Shown: positions 29,598 to 39,796, counted from the stretch's first letter. The stretch is DNA of 64,000 nt from Ktedonobacteraceae bacterium (GCA_035653615.1 DASRBN010000002.1:1-64000); one strand, 5' to 3'. A program made the numbers and translations. The notes: generated from the sequence alone by a model not told the origin.

Positions 29598-30599
29598 ATG
29601 ATCTGCCCGTCATGCAATAATTTTAGACCTTCCAATCAAGAATTATGCCCGCATTGCAACGCGCCTTCTCCGCTGGTTGGAGAGCCGGGGACTGTTTCCA
29701 GCGCTCAGTTTATGCCCGGGATGGAAAATACCAGTCCCTTCGCAAGCAGCGCTATAAGAGGCGGTATTATGGCCGCGCCAGCAGGGTCGGGGGCAGAAAC
29801 GCACGATAATTCGCTCTGGGCACAGGTTATGGCTCCCCAGGCATTTCCTTCCATGTCTCCTACAAACGCAAACGAGTCACCTTCGTTGCTGCCTGTACCA
29901 TATCAACCACAGCGGGCAGGGATGTTTCCCCAGTCGTTGATGACAATGCCTCCCGGACTGCCAGCTATTCATACGGGAGCCGATGGAGGCGCGCTTATTC
30001 CCGCGCCGCCCACTACCGAGCCGGTGGTACACATTCCACCCATGTATACCAAACCGCGCCCGATTATTCCGCGCTACCGCGCCATCAGCGGCCTGTTAAG
30101 CGTGTTGATTGTGTTTGGATTGCTCTGCGCGGGCGCGGGCTATTATGCCAAAGTGACGGGTAAGCTTGCGTTTGTACATTACATCATAGGTGACGCGCGC
30201 GCGAAGAATATGCCGCCATCTCCCGTCACCGAGCTACCCATCCCGTCCATGACGCTCCAACAAGGCCCGGCGTTCAATATCATTCCTTCGGCCACGACCG
30301 CCTCTAAAGTGGCGTTTGTCTCCAATACGGTTGTAGCCCTGAATCCCACGAATCAATTCAAGGTGAACCAGGCTATTTACCTGACATACAGCGTGCATCC
30401 TCGCTCGCCCGGTACCGTTACCCTGAAGTGGTACACCAATTCCACCTTCTTTAATTCTTTCGACAAACCCGTTACGAAAGCGCAAGAATCTACCGGGTAC
30501 GCCGAAATACAATTCTCTCAACCGCTCGAGGGGAAAGTGGAAATTTACTGGAACAATGAGCTTGCGGTGACGCTCTTATTCGTGGTAGAGCCTGACTGA
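29598..30599 (+). CDS. Membrane protein with N-terminal cytoplasmic zinc ribbon, Pro-rich linker, one TM helix and ~150-aa extracellular beta-rich domain
   Basis: MICPSCNNFRPSNQELCPHCNAPSP. TM helix ISGLLSVLIVFGLLCAGAGYYA. Same architecture as the two giant proteins downstream. Confidence 0.55.
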   Translation: MICPSCNNFRPSNQELCPHCNAPSPLVGEPGTVSSAQFMPGMENTSPFASSAIRGGIMAAPAGSGAETHDNSLWAQVMAPQAFPSMSPTNANESPSLLPVPYQPQRAGMFPQSLMTMPPGLPAIHTGADGGALIPAPPTTEPVVHIPPMYTKPRPIIPRYRAISGLLSVLIVFGLLCAGAGYYAKVTGKLAFVHYIIGDARAKNMPPSPVTELPIPSMTLQQGPAFNIIPSATTASKVAFVSNTVVALNPTNQFKVNQAIYLTYSVHPRSPGTVTLKWYTNSTFFNSFDKPVTKAQESTGYAEIQFSQPLEGKVEIYWNNELAVTLLFVVEPD

Positions 30600-30603
30600 T
30601 AAG

Positions 30604-30669
30604 AGTTAGCAAAAAACGCGCCGGGCCCATCTCCAGCTGGGGATGGACCCGGCGCGTTTTTTGCTAACT
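30604..30669. terminator. Bidirectional terminator with ~28-bp stem between convergent genes
   Basis: agttagcaaaaaacgcgccgggcccatc-tccagctggg-gatggacccggcgcgttttttgctaact. There is one mismatch in the stem. Confidence 0.7.
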
Positions 30670-30972
30670 CCCACACTGCGTTTCCACGGTCACATCGCCG
30701 TAGACTTCGACCTGGCAAGAGAGGCGCATGTTGGGGTTCTTCTTCAGGTCCTTACGTAACCAGAATTTCTCCATAAAGGTGAGGGGATTGGTATTGGTCG
30801 CGGGAGAGACGGCTACGCGGTCCGTACCACACAGGCCATTGCCGTGGCAGTTGGCGAATTTCCACAGGCCGCAATAGACAGGCACATCGTTCTCCAGCGC
30901 CGGGTAGCGCACGTGATCGCCTTCGGGCACTTCCACCTGAATATTCTCACGCACAAAAGTAATGGTTGGCAC
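30664..30972 (-). CDS. Small Cys-containing protein, possibly 2Fe-2S ferredoxin-like
   Basis: Cys cluster YCGLWKFANCHGNGLCGTD plus a distal RLSCQV. The family assignment is tentative. Confidence 0.4.
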   Translation of the reverse strand: MPTITFVRENIQVEVPEGDHVRYPALENDVPVYCGLWKFANCHGNGLCGTDRVAVSPATNTNPLTFMEKFWLRKDLKKNPNMRLSCQVEVYGDVTVETQCGS

Positions 30973-31100
30973 GCTTACATCCTCCGAGTCACTATATTAG
31001 TTGAGTTCTTAACAGAGGCCTTCTAAATATGATGATCGGTACGTACATAGCCTCTGCCTATATATATAGGAGTGTAGCACAGGGGTACAAGAGCGTCAAC

Positions 31101-33386
31101 TTAACTCGAAACGGTCAGTGTCACGGTAATATATTGCGGCTGGACGGGTGAGCCGGAGTCGGTATCGCTGACCTCGAGTGTGGTCGTATAGGTGCCGGGA
31201 GAGAGCTGGCTGCTGTTGCACGTTACATTGACCAGCGCCGCCTCGGAAGGTCCTAGTGAGCCTGAACTGTTATCTACAGAGAGCCAGGAGGCCTGTGATT
31301 GACCGGACTGCGCCAGCGCCCAGTTGAGGACGGCAGAGCCGGTATTGGTGATTACGAGCAGTTCGGTAGATTGGGTTATCTGGCTGTTCTGGTCGAAGCT
31401 CATACTGTTTACGGAAACACTGATCTGCGCCTGGTTGAGAATAGTGATGGTAACAGCGATCTGTGCGCTCGGTACTTGCGAGCCTTTATCGCTATCATAG
31501 ACCGTGAGGACGGCGGAAATCGTTCCGGCTCCGGCCTGTGATACGTTGGGCTGGACGGTAATGGTGGTACTTTTCCCTGGATACAGCGTGGCATGCGTCG
31601 AGGCAAGAGGAATATACTTCGTGCCATTCGCATCCTCTGAGATTGCCCAGTCGAGCGGGGCTGTCCCGCTATCCGTAATTAAGAAGCTTTGCGGCGCTGG
31701 ATTGGTGCCCATAATGGTGCTGAAATTCAGCGTGCCGGGACGGACATTGAGGCCGGGAACCGGGAGCGGACTGACGGTGAACGAAACGGCTACCTGCATC
31801 GATGGGCCGCCAGCATAGCTAAAGGTCAGCGTTCCCTGATACGTACCGGAGTTGAGGGCTGCCGCATTAGCATTTACCGTGATGTTTGCCGCGACATGCG
31901 CAACGAGATAGCCCTGCGAAGGAGTAACACTCAACCAGTTTCCGCCATTGGCTGTGGCCGCAACCGCCGTCCAGTTCAGAGGCTGTCCGCCGCTGTTCTG
32001 CACCACCAATCCCTGGCTCGCCGCCTGCTGGCCCGCCACGGCGGAGAATGCCAGGGAAGAGGATGAGACACCCAGGTTGCCGGGAGAAGCGACAACCAGC
32101 GTTACCATCACCTGTGGGTTAGCCCCACCCTTAAAATTAATCGTTCCCTGGTACGTTCCGGGTGCCATGCCATGCGATTGAACGCTTACAGTCACGACCT
32201 GGCTGGCATTTGCCTGCAAACTTCCTCGCGCCGGGCTGATCGAGAGCCAGGAGCCTTTATTTGCCGTGGTTACGCTTGAACTCCAGGCGAGGGCAGCGGT
32301 GCCTTTGTTCTGAATAGTCAGCGCCTGGCCGGCAGGATTCTGGGCGGCGCTGCCATAGAAAGATAACGAGGCAAGCGACACGGCCAGATTGACGGGAGAT
32401 GCCTTGATTGCCATGGTGACCGTCAGGTCCGTCAACAGTGTATGGCTGCCCTGCTGGGCGAACGCGATATGGCCGGTATAGTTTCCAGCTGGCAATACAC
32501 CGCAATTGACAGTAATAGGAAGTGATGTAGTGGTATTGCCTGTCAATTTTCCGCTGGCCGGTGTAACGCTGAGCCAGGATGAATCGCTGCTCGCCTGCCA
32601 TATGATCGATTGTTCGCCGCTATTGGTCAGCACTATCGTTTTGTGATACACGCCCCCCGGTTCGGTTGTGCCCAGATCAATGTTAGCCGTCGATAATTGC
32701 AGGCGCGCGGGCGCGAGTACTGTGGGGCGGGTAGCATGCGATTTCCCATTCAACAGGAGAAACGCAAGCAGACTGGTCGCCAATAAAAAGAGGATACAGG
32801 CGGCTATTAACAGCACGGGTATGGCATGCGAGCGGAACTGTGATTTCCGCCGCGCTGCCGGGCGATACGCGGATGGTTGTTGATAGCGAGCTGCTACTTT
32901 TTGCGGCTGCTCTGGGCCGCGGGGAGCCGGAGCGGACGATGGTACAGGTGAGCCGCGTTGGGTCTCTGGCAGTGGTGAAGGAGACAGGGAAGCCACCAGT
33001 TTTACTGTTTTCTTCACCTGGCGCTGTTGAGAGTGAGCAGGCAGTCCTGGCGGAGTAATGGGATCATCTTCCTCTCGCGCGGGCAATACATTTTCCGCGG
33101 ATTCCTGGAAGGTCAAAGGTTGTGGAACATCAGGTTCGGGATGCACAGCAACCATGAAGCTGGATAGGTAGGGTTGATCTTCGGGGTGCAGGCCGGAATA
33201 ATGTCCCGCGCCATGCGGAGAAGCCGGTGGCTGGGATGAGTCAGACAATTGTAGCGTCGGGCGAGGGTGAGTTCTGGCCTTTCGCCTCACATAAGTAACC
33301 TGGACGAAGTTGTGCCCACAGGTACCACAAATCTGGGCATCGGCTCGCAACAGTTTATGACAGCCTGGACAGCGTTTCGTCTCCAT
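31101..33386 (-). CDS. Large membrane-anchored protein: N-terminal zinc ribbon, TM helix, about five tandem ~95-aa Ig-like/BACON-like beta-sandwich repeats
   Basis: METKRCPGCHKLLRADAQICGTCGHNF. TM helix IPVLLIAACILFLLATSLLAFLLL. Repeated units of type PVNLAVSLASLSFYGSAAQNPAGQALTIQNKGTAALAWSSSV...GSWLSISPARGSL...GTYQGTINF. RBS GGGAGGGG before ATG 33386. Confidence 0.6.
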   Translation of the reverse strand: METKRCPGCHKLLRADAQICGTCGHNFVQVTYVRRKARTHPRPTLQLSDSSQPPASPHGAGHYSGLHPEDQPYLSSFMVAVHPEPDVPQPLTFQESAENVLPAREEDDPITPPGLPAHSQQRQVKKTVKLVASLSPSPLPETQRGSPVPSSAPAPRGPEQPQKVAARYQQPSAYRPAARRKSQFRSHAIPVLLIAACILFLLATSLLAFLLLNGKSHATRPTVLAPARLQLSTANIDLGTTEPGGVYHKTIVLTNSGEQSIIWQASSDSSWLSVTPASGKLTGNTTTSLPITVNCGVLPAGNYTGHIAFAQQGSHTLLTDLTVTMAIKASPVNLAVSLASLSFYGSAAQNPAGQALTIQNKGTAALAWSSSVTTANKGSWLSISPARGSLQANASQVVTVSVQSHGMAPGTYQGTINFKGGANPQVMVTLVVASPGNLGVSSSSLAFSAVAGQQAASQGLVVQNSGGQPLNWTAVAATANGGNWLSVTPSQGYLVAHVAANITVNANAAALNSGTYQGTLTFSYAGGPSMQVAVSFTVSPLPVPGLNVRPGTLNFSTIMGTNPAPQSFLITDSGTAPLDWAISEDANGTKYIPLASTHATLYPGKSTTITVQPNVSQAGAGTISAVLTVYDSDKGSQVPSAQIAVTITILNQAQISVSVNSMSFDQNSQITQSTELLVITNTGSAVLNWALAQSGQSQASWLSVDNSSGSLGPSEAALVNVTCNSSQLSPGTYTTTLEVSDTDSGSPVQPQYITVTLTVSS

Positions 33387-33601
33387 TTCCCCTCCCAGGA
33401 GATGTAATAATCAAGACGCCAGGAATGCAACCCAACTATGGCCTGGCAAGTAAAAGAGGCCGTCTTGCGGCGGCATCCTTCTCCACAATCGGAAAGGTTG
33501 CACATTTCAAAGGTCTCACTCGCTTACTGCAATTCAGGAAAATAGTATGATACATGCTGTTATATTAATACACATGTTGAGATTTATTGCAAGGGGTATT
33601 C

Positions 33602-36600
33602 TTACCCAGAGAAGACATCGATATTGAACCCGCTGATATTGCCGGAGAGCTGAAGAGACGATGAAACGCCGTTATACTGCATCCCCCCCTGCATGCCACT
33701 GATAGTGATGATATAGAGTCCAGGAGGAACATGAGTAAATACATAATTGCCTGAAGGATCAGAAATCACGGTTTGAATTGCATTGCCGTTGCTGATGAGC
33801 GTGACCGTTGCGCCGGCTAATGGCTGGGGATTGGAACAGGAAGGAGGGAGTCCGGCGCAGGCAAAGATGGTGCCGCTGATATTGGCAGTGATGGTCAACT
33901 GAACCGTGACCACATAAGCGCCCTGTACGGAGACGCCATTGTTATCGGTCGCGGAGACGGTAATCTGCCCTGTATAGGTTCCAGGGGCCATATTTGTCGA
34001 AGCGATGGTGACGGTGACGAGGCTTCCGGTACCGCCATCACTGCCTGAAATGGGCGTAAAACTCAACCACGTGGTGCTGTTGGGATCTCCAACTGCCGTC
34101 CAGGAGACAGGATAACTACATCCCCCTGTTTCAGCAATCGTGAAAGTCTGGGACGCCGGTGAAGCAGGCTGCCCCTCAAGCGCTGTGAAGAGCAGCGGGG
34201 ATGGCGGCGACTGGAAAGTACAGGGCAGTACCACTGTCAGGGTCACGGTGAACGTCTGCGGGCTTCCCTGGGCAGGCGCGCCGGAATTATCGGTAGCGTT
34301 GATAGCGACCTGCGCGCTATACGTTCCCGGCAGCAGGCCGGTCGTATTCACGCTCACCTGTATGGTCGCAACTTCTCCGCCGGTTTTAATTGATCCACTG
34401 GCCGGGGTAAGCGTCAACCAGGTTGAAGACGGAGGGTTAAGCGCTGTCGTCCAATTCAAGGGCCAGGCACAGCTACCCGTCCCCGTAAACGTTACATTTT
34501 GCGGTGTGGGAGCCGTTCCCCCCTCTGTATAGCTGAAAGTCAATGAGCTGGACGAGGGCTGCGTCAGGACACAGGGCGGCTGGACCACGAGATTGACGGT
34601 AACATTTTGCGGGCTGCCGCTAGCCACATGCCCACTTTTGTCCGTTCCTTCAAGAACTACCTGTCCAACGTAGGTGCCGGGCGAGAGCGTAGATGTATCT
34701 ACATTAACGGTTACCTGTCCCGTCTGCTTCGCTTGAATAACGCCCCCTGTCGGCGCTGCGCCAAGCCAGCTTGATGAAAATTGATTGACCGTTGTTTTCC
34801 AGTAGAGCGGGCCGGTTCCGTTGTTGGTAATGGTTACCACCTGGCCCGACGGGTTTGGTTGGCCCTGTATATTGCTAAAATTGAGATTCAGCGGCGAGGC
34901 GCTCATGATGGGTTCAGCCGGTGGCGGCGCTGGCTGGACCGTCAGCTGAACTGCCACCGTCAGCGTACTTTGCCCGGCAGCAAAAGTAAGCGCACCGTTA
35001 TATCTTCCCGGAGCAAGCCCATTGATATTCACAGCGACGGAAGTCGCCGTATTCATCGCCCCTTTTAACTGGCCGCTTGAGGGCGTTGCCGATAGCCAGC
35101 CCACCGATGGAACTGCATGCCAGGTGACGATTGAACCGTCACAGCTGTTCGTCAGTGAGAGGTTCAAGGTCTGATTACTGGGATTACCCTGCCCCTGCAC
35201 AGAGGTAAAAGTTAGACCCCCGGGGCTGACAACCAGCCCACAATGCGGCTGCACCGTCAAGGAGACGCTTACCGACTGTGGGCCATCGATCGCGCCTTTC
35301 GCATTGAAGTTCAGCGTACCAAGGTAAGTACCGGGGAGCAGCATAGCACTCTGGACACTCACCTCAATTGTCTCAGATGAGCCAGCTGCAATGACACCGG
35401 AGGACAGACTCGTTGTCAGCCAATGTACATTCGAGCCGAGCATATGTAAAAACGCATCCTGGCTGGACTGATCTGTAGAATCATTCACAGTGAGCGACCA
35501 GTTTAGCGTCTGAGACCCCGGATCGCTGATTGTTAACGCCTGGCTAAGTATTTGAGTATTTCCATCGGTGGCCGTAAACGAAAGCACGGCGGGCGACAGG
35601 GATAGCACCGGGCCTGCTTTTGCGGAGAGCGGGCGCACATCCATTTGTATGACTATACCCTGAGCCGGTCCAACGTTTGAAGAAAAGGTGAGCTTTCCGG
35701 TATAGCTTCCTGGCTTCAGACCTGAACGCTGGGCGGCGATCACAATCGTCTGGCTCTTGCTGAACATGCCCTGAGATGGAGAGACCTGCAGCCAGGATGA
35801 ATTGCTGCTCGCCGTCCAGTTGATTGCCCCATCGCCACCATTCGTGAGCGTGATATTTTGAATGGTATTGGCGCCTTGATAATCGGTGCCCAGATTGATG
35901 GTTGCTGCCGGGAGAACGAGGCGTGGAGGACGTGATTGCCCCTGACCTACGATCTGCAATTGCGCGCTGGCAGTATAGCGAGTCTGGACATCCTCGGCGA
36001 AAAGTAAATGAAAACCCGGCCCCCAGGTATTATCGATAACAATCGCCGTCCTGGCATTCCCCCGCGCGTCGATTGGAAGATACTTGGTATCGTTGGCCGT
36101 CTGTACGGTTTCATCTATATCATGCGTCAAATAGACAGTCGTTGACGGCGTGAAGTGACTGATGACCAACTGCAGAGTGGTGCCGATACTGGCCTGATTG
36201 GAAGAAAGCGTCAAAGCCGGTGGGCCGCCAGGCCCATTGCTGGCCTGATGCGAGTGATTAAACGCGAAAGAAAGCAGAATGCCATCGGCTATCATTGCCA
36301 GAATTGCTAAAACTGCCAGGGCGATAAACGCGGTACGCAGGCGAGGCGAGCGGTGGGAACGACGGTACGAAGGAAAAGGTGCAGTGGATATGCCCTCGGC
36401 AGCTGCGCGCCGCATATCCTCTTCCTCTATACGCGCCGATTCGCTGCTATCGGGAAAATGACGGGACAATAATGGGTCGGTCTGGTTTGCCCAGTTATCA
36501 ACCTCTTTGTCTTCCAGCTCGGTATCCAGCCAGGGCCAGAGGTCGGGCAATTCAACATCTTTGGCAGCCAGGCCTGGGGTTGATACAGTCGCCTGATTTG

Positions 36601-37135
36601 CAATATCATCCGGCTTACCCTCACCTGATATGGGTAGCGCGCCATCGGAGGAAGGATTACCGGAAGCCGGGGTGTTTTCGGCGGGCATTGAGACTTTCGG
36701 CAAAGGTGTACTCGCGCGTTGGATATCGGCGGAAATGTCCCTGATCGGCGCCAGGCGCGAAGCATGGGGATATTGACGACCTTTATGTTCGCTCCTGCCC
36801 TGTTTTGCCTGCGAGATGCGCCGCGCCGCTTCGTTCAACCTTGAGAGCGTCTGTTCGGCAACATTAGCATAGCTGGAGAGCGTGGGAGGCGGGGGGGTCT
36901 GTGGATCGCGTACAATCGGCTGGGGACCGGTTACAGGCTCACCGGCATCCTGGCCCTTCGTCTCTAATGTGGGACGTTCAGAGAATGAGGAAGCTACCGC
37001 GAGGGGTTCCTGCGGTTGTTGCATATCCGGTGAAGCAGGACCCTGCGGCAATTGATAATGCAGCAAAGAGCGGCATTCATCACAAAATACACTGGTTGTC
37101 GCGCAAGGCTTGCTACAACGCAAACACTGGCTCAT
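33602..37135 (-). CDS. Giant membrane-anchored protein (1177 aa): N-terminal zinc ribbon, long disordered cytoplasmic region, TM helix, about eight Ig-like/BACON-like repeats, C-terminal carboxypeptidase-regulatory-like domain
   Basis: MSQCLRCSKPCATTSVFCDECRSLL. TM helix AFIALAVLAILAMIADGILLSFAF. Repeats of type LSLSPAVLSFTATDGNTQILSQALTISDPGSQTLNWSL... C-terminus ISGTIFACAGLPP...GATVTLISNGNAIQTVISDPSGNYVFTHVPPGLYIITIS. Paralogous to 31101–33386. Confidence 0.6.
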   Translation of the reverse strand: MSQCLRCSKPCATTSVFCDECRSLLHYQLPQGPASPDMQQPQEPLAVASSFSERPTLETKGQDAGEPVTGPQPIVRDPQTPPPPTLSSYANVAEQTLSRLNEAARRISQAKQGRSEHKGRQYPHASRLAPIRDISADIQRASTPLPKVSMPAENTPASGNPSSDGALPISGEGKPDDIANQATVSTPGLAAKDVELPDLWPWLDTELEDKEVDNWANQTDPLLSRHFPDSSESARIEEEDMRRAAAEGISTAPFPSYRRSHRSPRLRTAFIALAVLAILAMIADGILLSFAFNHSHQASNGPGGPPALTLSSNQASIGTTLQLVISHFTPSTTVYLTHDIDETVQTANDTKYLPIDARGNARTAIVIDNTWGPGFHLLFAEDVQTRYTASAQLQIVGQGQSRPPRLVLPAATINLGTDYQGANTIQNITLTNGGDGAINWTASSNSSWLQVSPSQGMFSKSQTIVIAAQRSGLKPGSYTGKLTFSSNVGPAQGIVIQMDVRPLSAKAGPVLSLSPAVLSFTATDGNTQILSQALTISDPGSQTLNWSLTVNDSTDQSSQDAFLHMLGSNVHWLTTSLSSGVIAAGSSETIEVSVQSAMLLPGTYLGTLNFNAKGAIDGPQSVSVSLTVQPHCGLVVSPGGLTFTSVQGQGNPSNQTLNLSLTNSCDGSIVTWHAVPSVGWLSATPSSGQLKGAMNTATSVAVNINGLAPGRYNGALTFAAGQSTLTVAVQLTVQPAPPPAEPIMSASPLNLNFSNIQGQPNPSGQVVTITNNGTGPLYWKTTVNQFSSSWLGAAPTGGVIQAKQTGQVTVNVDTSTLSPGTYVGQVVLEGTDKSGHVASGSPQNVTVNLVVQPPCVLTQPSSSSLTFSYTEGGTAPTPQNVTFTGTGSCAWPLNWTTALNPPSSTWLTLTPASGSIKTGGEVATIQVSVNTTGLLPGTYSAQVAINATDNSGAPAQGSPQTFTVTLTVVLPCTFQSPPSPLLFTALEGQPASPASQTFTIAETGGCSYPVSWTAVGDPNSTTWLSFTPISGSDGGTGSLVTVTIASTNMAPGTYTGQITVSATDNNGVSVQGAYVVTVQLTITANISGTIFACAGLPPSCSNPQPLAGATVTLISNGNAIQTVISDPSGNYVFTHVPPGLYIITISGMQGGMQYNGVSSSLQLSGNISGFNIDVFSG

Positions 37136-37430
37136 AGCTTACTCTTCCCACAGCCTGCCTTTCTTCCCCCCCACCCTAAATACACCACCCGGAGGCGTTT
37201 CTAACTGTTTCCCCCAAATATCTCAATATCAAGAACGGCCCGCGTTTCTCCACGATACTTCATCTGAGAGCGAGCAGCTTAAGTTCTTGTACTAGTAGAA
37301 CGTTGAAGCGGGCCAATTTGTCACATCAAGCAAGCAGTAAAACAGGCCGCATGTATTGTCATTTAGAGGGTTTGCTGTAGTTATCCACAAGTTTTCCACT
37401 TGTTTGCTCTAAATTTGGTGGATAAGACCC

Positions 37431-37488
37431 TTCACCAGACTTACAATGTAATGCTATAATGTGGTGGGGAGAAGTGGGGGGCTGTGGT
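37431..37488 (+). promoter_or_regulatory. Candidate dcw promoter (TTCACC-17-TATAAT) followed by three direct TGGGG/TGGGG/TGGTG repeats at exact 10-bp spacing (MraZ-box-like operator)
   Basis: Perfect -10 TATAAT at 37454–37459. Repeats at 37464, 37474 and 37484. About 280 nt upstream of the mraZ start. Confidence 0.4.
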
Positions 37489-37769
37489 GAATTTGAACTG
37501 AAAATGGTGAGTTCGACCAGCGAGTGGGAGAATACGGTGAAGTCTTCCGGCATGAGGGAGAACATGCTGGAAGACTTCCCAGGGGAACGCTGGTCGGGCG
37601 AACTCTGGTGCATCTGCACTTGATCTTTGCGGGTTTGGCAGTTCTACTGCTCCCATAGGGCAGCGGAGCCGCCAGACCCTTTCCTGAACCTGTTGAGGGG
37701 ATGGAAATTCGGGCGACCGCCGGGCCTGAGGCTCAATGGTCGATTTCTCGATTGGGATTGAAAAGAAAC

Positions 37770-38177
37770 ATGTTTCTGGGCGAATACGAGCATACCATTG
37801 ACTCAAAAGGGCGCATGGCGGTCCCCGCGAGGTTTCGCGGGCAGCTGGATCGCGGTGCGGTCATTAGTAAAGGAATGGGAACCTGCTTATCGGTCTATAC
37901 CATGCAGCGCTGGGAGGAAAAATCGGCGGAACTCGTCGCGGGCAAATCAAGTGATGAACTGCGCGACTTCGAACGGCGCATTTATCCCAGCGCAAGCGAG
38001 ATAGAACTGGATGGGCAGGGGCGGCTCGTTATTCCGGCCAGATTACGCGCCTACGCAAAGTTGGACAGTGAGGTGACCGTTGCCGGTGTGCGCGATCATT
38101 TCGAAATCTGGGATCGCGCCACCTGGCAGCAGTATCAGGAACGACTCGACGCCGAGGGGAATACCATCCCCTTTTAA
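37770..38177 (+). CDS. mraZ: Transcriptional regulator MraZ
   Basis: MFLGEYEHTIDSKGRMAVPARFRGQL. Two SpoVT/AbrB-like halves. Start re-placed at ATG 37770. Confidence 0.9.
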   Translation: MFLGEYEHTIDSKGRMAVPARFRGQLDRGAVISKGMGTCLSVYTMQRWEEKSAELVAGKSSDELRDFERRIYPSASEIELDGQGRLVIPARLRAYAKLDSEVTVAGVRDHFEIWDRATWQQYQERLDAEGNTIPF

Positions 38178-38194
38178 GATCATATACTACACTT

Positions 38195-39181
38195 ATGGAA
38201 ACACAAAAACTCGGTCATGTACCGGTCATGCTGGAAGAGGTGCTGCAACTGCTCTCACCCACACCCGGTACAGATTTTATCGATTGTACGTTAGGAGGAG
38301 GAGGCCATACCGAAGCAATTCTGAAGCTGACTGCGCCGGACGGAAGAGTCCTGGGTATCGACAAAGATGCCAGAGCCCTGGCAAGGGTAGAGGATCGACT
38401 TTCCGAGCAGGTGAACAATGGGCGATTGGTGCTGGTGCATGGGAATTACGCTGAACTGGCCCGTTTTGCGCGCGAGGCCGGTTTTGTATCGCCAAAAGGC
38501 GTCTTACTCGACCTGGGGTTCTCATCGTACCAGATGGATGATCCGGCACGCGGATTTTCTTTCAGCGCGAATGGCCCGCTGGACATGCGGCTGGACCAGT
38601 CACAGGAATTGACCGCCGCTGACATCGTCAACAATGCCAGCGAGCAGGAACTGGCCGATATCTTCTGGCGCTACGGCGAAGAAACACGGGCGCGTCCGAT
38701 TGCCTGGCGCATTACACGCGAGCGGGCAAAAGGGCCGATTACCACGACGGCGCAACTCGCCAGGCTGGTGTTGATCGGCGCCCCGTATAAGCCGGGGATG
38801 ATTCACCCGGCTACGCGAGTGTTTCAGGCGCTGCGCATCGCCGTCAATTCAGAACTGGAGAACCTGGAAAAGGCGCTCCCTCAAATACTGGATGTGTTAA
38901 GTGTGGGGAGGGAGGATAGAGAAAGTGGTGGAAAGGTTGGAGGAAGAATGGTAGTGATCTCTTTTCATTCGTTAGAGGACCGGCGGGTCAAAGAGTTTAT
39001 GCGGCGCGAGGCAAAAGATTGTATTTGCCCACCCGACCTGCCTGTCTGTATGTGCGGGCACAAGGCGCGTTTGCGCATTCTGACAACGAAGCCCTTGACC
39101 CCAACTCAACAGGAGATTGTGGCTAACCCCCGCGCTCGCAGCGCCAAACTGCGGGCCGCTGAAGCTATTATTGGCTCGTAG
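38195..39181 (+). CDS. rsmH: 16S rRNA (cytosine1402-N4)-methyltransferase RsmH
   Basis: HVPVMLEEVLQLL...FIDCTLGGGGHTEAIL...LDLGFSSYQMDDPARGFSF. Carries a small Gly/Arg-rich insertion. Confidence 0.9.
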   Translation: METQKLGHVPVMLEEVLQLLSPTPGTDFIDCTLGGGGHTEAILKLTAPDGRVLGIDKDARALARVEDRLSEQVNNGRLVLVHGNYAELARFAREAGFVSPKGVLLDLGFSSYQMDDPARGFSFSANGPLDMRLDQSQELTAADIVNNASEQELADIFWRYGEETRARPIAWRITRERAKGPITTTAQLARLVLIGAPYKPGMIHPATRVFQALRIAVNSELENLEKALPQILDVLSVGREDRESGGKVGGRMVVISFHSLEDRRVKEFMRREAKDCICPPDLPVCMCGHKARLRILTTKPLTPTQQEIVANPRARSAKLRAAEAIIGS

Positions 39182-39300
39182 TGCGTCTTTTGTAAGTGCA
39201 GATGCTCATCTCGTAGAGCGCCGGCATGTGATTGCAATGACTCCACTTTGGGGAAGGTAAAGCCCCCAAGCGGTATCAGGCATACAAGTACCGGCACGAG

Positions 39301-39780
39301 GTGTCGCAGGGAACGCAGAAAATGGATCGCCTTAGAGACCGAAAAGAATTGCATGGAGGGCAGGCTCAACCCGCCAGCTCTTCCACGCCTGGCAAGCCTG
39401 TACAGAGTATCCCGGCAGGGCCAATTCTGGCCGCGAAACGGCGGCGTCACCTGCATCCATTTTTCTATCGTATTGGTCCCGGCACCCTGAGCGTCTGTAG
39501 CGTCCTTCTGATTGGCCTGATGGCTATCCTTTACCTTTCTCAATTGGGGCAGGCTGTCAACGACAATCAGCAAATTCAAAATTTGCACCAGCAACAGGCC
39601 ACACTGCAACGAGAGAACCAGGACCTGATCAACACCATCGCTCAGGAAGAATCACCGGCCTACATTATCACGCACGCTAAAGCGATGGGCCTGGCTCCAG
39701 CCGATCCGAAGACAATACAGATTCTGGTGATAAAGCACCTGAGAACGATTCCGCGCGACGACCAGAATTTACAACCATAA
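39301..39780 (+). CDS. ftsL: FtsL-like cell-division protein (cytoplasmic tail, TM helix, coiled-coil)
   Basis: Position between rsmH and ftsI. TM helix LSVCSVLLIGLMAILYLSQL followed by a heptad-like segment IQNLHQQQATLQRENQDLINTIAQ. Start is uncertain (GTG 39301 or ATG 39322). Confidence 0.5.
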   Translation: MSQGTQKMDRLRDRKELHGGQAQPASSSTPGKPVQSIPAGPILAAKRRRHLHPFFYRIGPGTLSVCSVLLIGLMAILYLSQLGQAVNDNQQIQNLHQQQATLQRENQDLINTIAQEESPAYIITHAKAMGLAPADPKTIQILVIKHLRTIPRDDQNLQP

Positions 39781-39796
39781 CACACAGGGGAAAATA

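Noticed and set aside
37136-37700. Several 60–120-aa ORFs on both strands between the giant gene and mraZ
   Set aside because: They have no RBS and no conservation cues. The region contains the promoter and operator features instead, and is better treated as a long regulatory leader.
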